Source of the DNA: Dipteris shenzhenensis
Lineage: Eukaryota
Direction: 5' to 3' (one strand)
NCBI GenBank assembly: GCA_047967505.1
Contig: CM106538.1
Length of the DNA: 64,000 nt
How positions within the stretch are numbered: position 1 is the stretch's first letter; each line of letters begins with the position of its first letter. The translations under genes were made by a program, and so were the position numbers. The notes below the pieces were generated by a model, which saw nothing but the letters and a program-made list of their open reading frames with translations, was not told where the DNA came from and did no database searches. Positions 62,801-64,000 of the stretch are shown piece after piece.

Positions 62801-64000
62801 GCACAGCATCGGTAGAGCCGGTGGATGATTCTTCGGCTAGCACTGATGTTACGCAAAGTGGTGAGATGGCCAAGCTGGCTAATCTTATAACAGAGGAGTT
62901 CTCTGAATGTTTTAGGGATGAACTACCTTATGGGTTACCTCTAGAGCGGAAAATTCAACATAAGATTGAACTGATCCCTGGGGCAGAACCTGTAAATAGA
63001 CCTCCCTATAGAATGAGTTTTGCTGAAGAGGCGGAGGTGCGTAGACAACTGGAAGAATACCTCAAGTTGGGGCAGATTCAACCAAGTTTCTCACCTTTTG
63101 CTTCGCCAGTGATATTAAAGAAGAAAAAGGATGATACGTTTCGCCTCTGTATAGATTACAGAGCATTGAATAATATCACTGTTAAGCACAGGTATCCGAT
63201 GGCTCGGATTGATGATTTGCTAGATGCATTACATGGAGCCGTGATTTTCAGCAAGATAGATCTTAAGTGCGGCTACCATTAAATCCGGATTAGAGCCGAG
63301 GATGTGCATAAAACCGCTTTTAGAAGCAGGTTTGGTCATTATGAGTTTTTGGTAATGCCCTTTGGACTTACCAATGCTCCAGCGACCTTCGTCATGCTTA
63401 TGAACGATTTACTACATCTGTATATCGGAAAGTTCGTAGTACATTTTATTGACAACATCTTGATATTCAGTAAAAGTGTTACTGAGCATCGTGAACACTT
63501 AAGGATAGTGTTCAGTACTTTGAGGAAAGCCAGTCTTTATGTGAATAAGAAGAAAACTATACTATGTATGGTTAGGCTTGAATATTTAGGGTTCATAATT
63601 ACTCCACAGGGGGTAGAAATGGATCCGAAGAAAGTGGCTACGATACTAACTTGGCCAATCCCTCAGAGTCGTGATCATTCTTGGGATTTGTCCAGTTTTA
63701 TAGAAGGCATATCAAAGGATATTCCGGAATAGTATCGCCATTGACTGATCTGACCTCAGATAAAGTACCTTTTATTTGGGGACAGAATCAACAAGAAAGT
63801 TTTAACACCATAAAACAAGCTGTGGTCTCAGGACCGGTGTTAAAAATAGTTGATCCCCAGAAACCGTTGTTCCTAGAAACCGATGCAAGTGGCATTGCGG
63901 TAGGAGCAGTCCTCCTTCAAGAGGGAAGGCCAGTAGCCTTTGAAAGCAAGAAGCTTTCTCCCTCTCAAAGGAATTGGCGAACTCATGAATTGGAGTTGTA
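59868..64000 (+). mobile_element. Ty3/gypsy element running off the window
   Basis: Candidate LTR 59868-60259; PBS 60262-60273; long leader; gag-pol from 61055. Confidence 0.88.
61055..64000 (+). pseudogene. gypsy gag-PR-RT-RNase H, disrupted
   Basis: Gag TWEGFKAEFKKHF and LRQKNLSVAEY, knuckle CFGCLQRHQWKDC, protease [20 protein letters not shown] and MPFGLTNAP, RNase H ETDASGIAVGAVL; stops and frameshifts. Confidence 0.92.

Overview
Repeat-dominated plant nuclear DNA. The PPR style suggests a seed-free vascular plant such as a fern or lycophyte (inference only). The one credible host gene is an intronless PLS-class PPR protein with a divergent DYW domain (36709-39453). It lacks one P repeat and runs 12 codons past the DYW triplet. 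Around it lie two tandem decayed Ty1/copia elements (2.1-13.1 kb), an intact 2.1-kb non-autonomous LTR element with a GTTAA target-site duplication (32058-34199), and a nested pile of gypsy, copia and LINE fragments (40.9-64 kb). The most unusual structure is an 8.4-kb head-to-tail array (20221-28584) of ~730-bp units. Most units carry a ~390-bp palindrome whose arms contain smaller palindromes, plus a variable microsatellite. The hairpin tip occurs in two reverse-complementary (flip/flop) forms, some unit-private substitutions appear symmetrically on both arms, and rearrangements cluster at the hairpin tips. All alignments were done by eye; boundaries marked approximate may be off by tens of bases.
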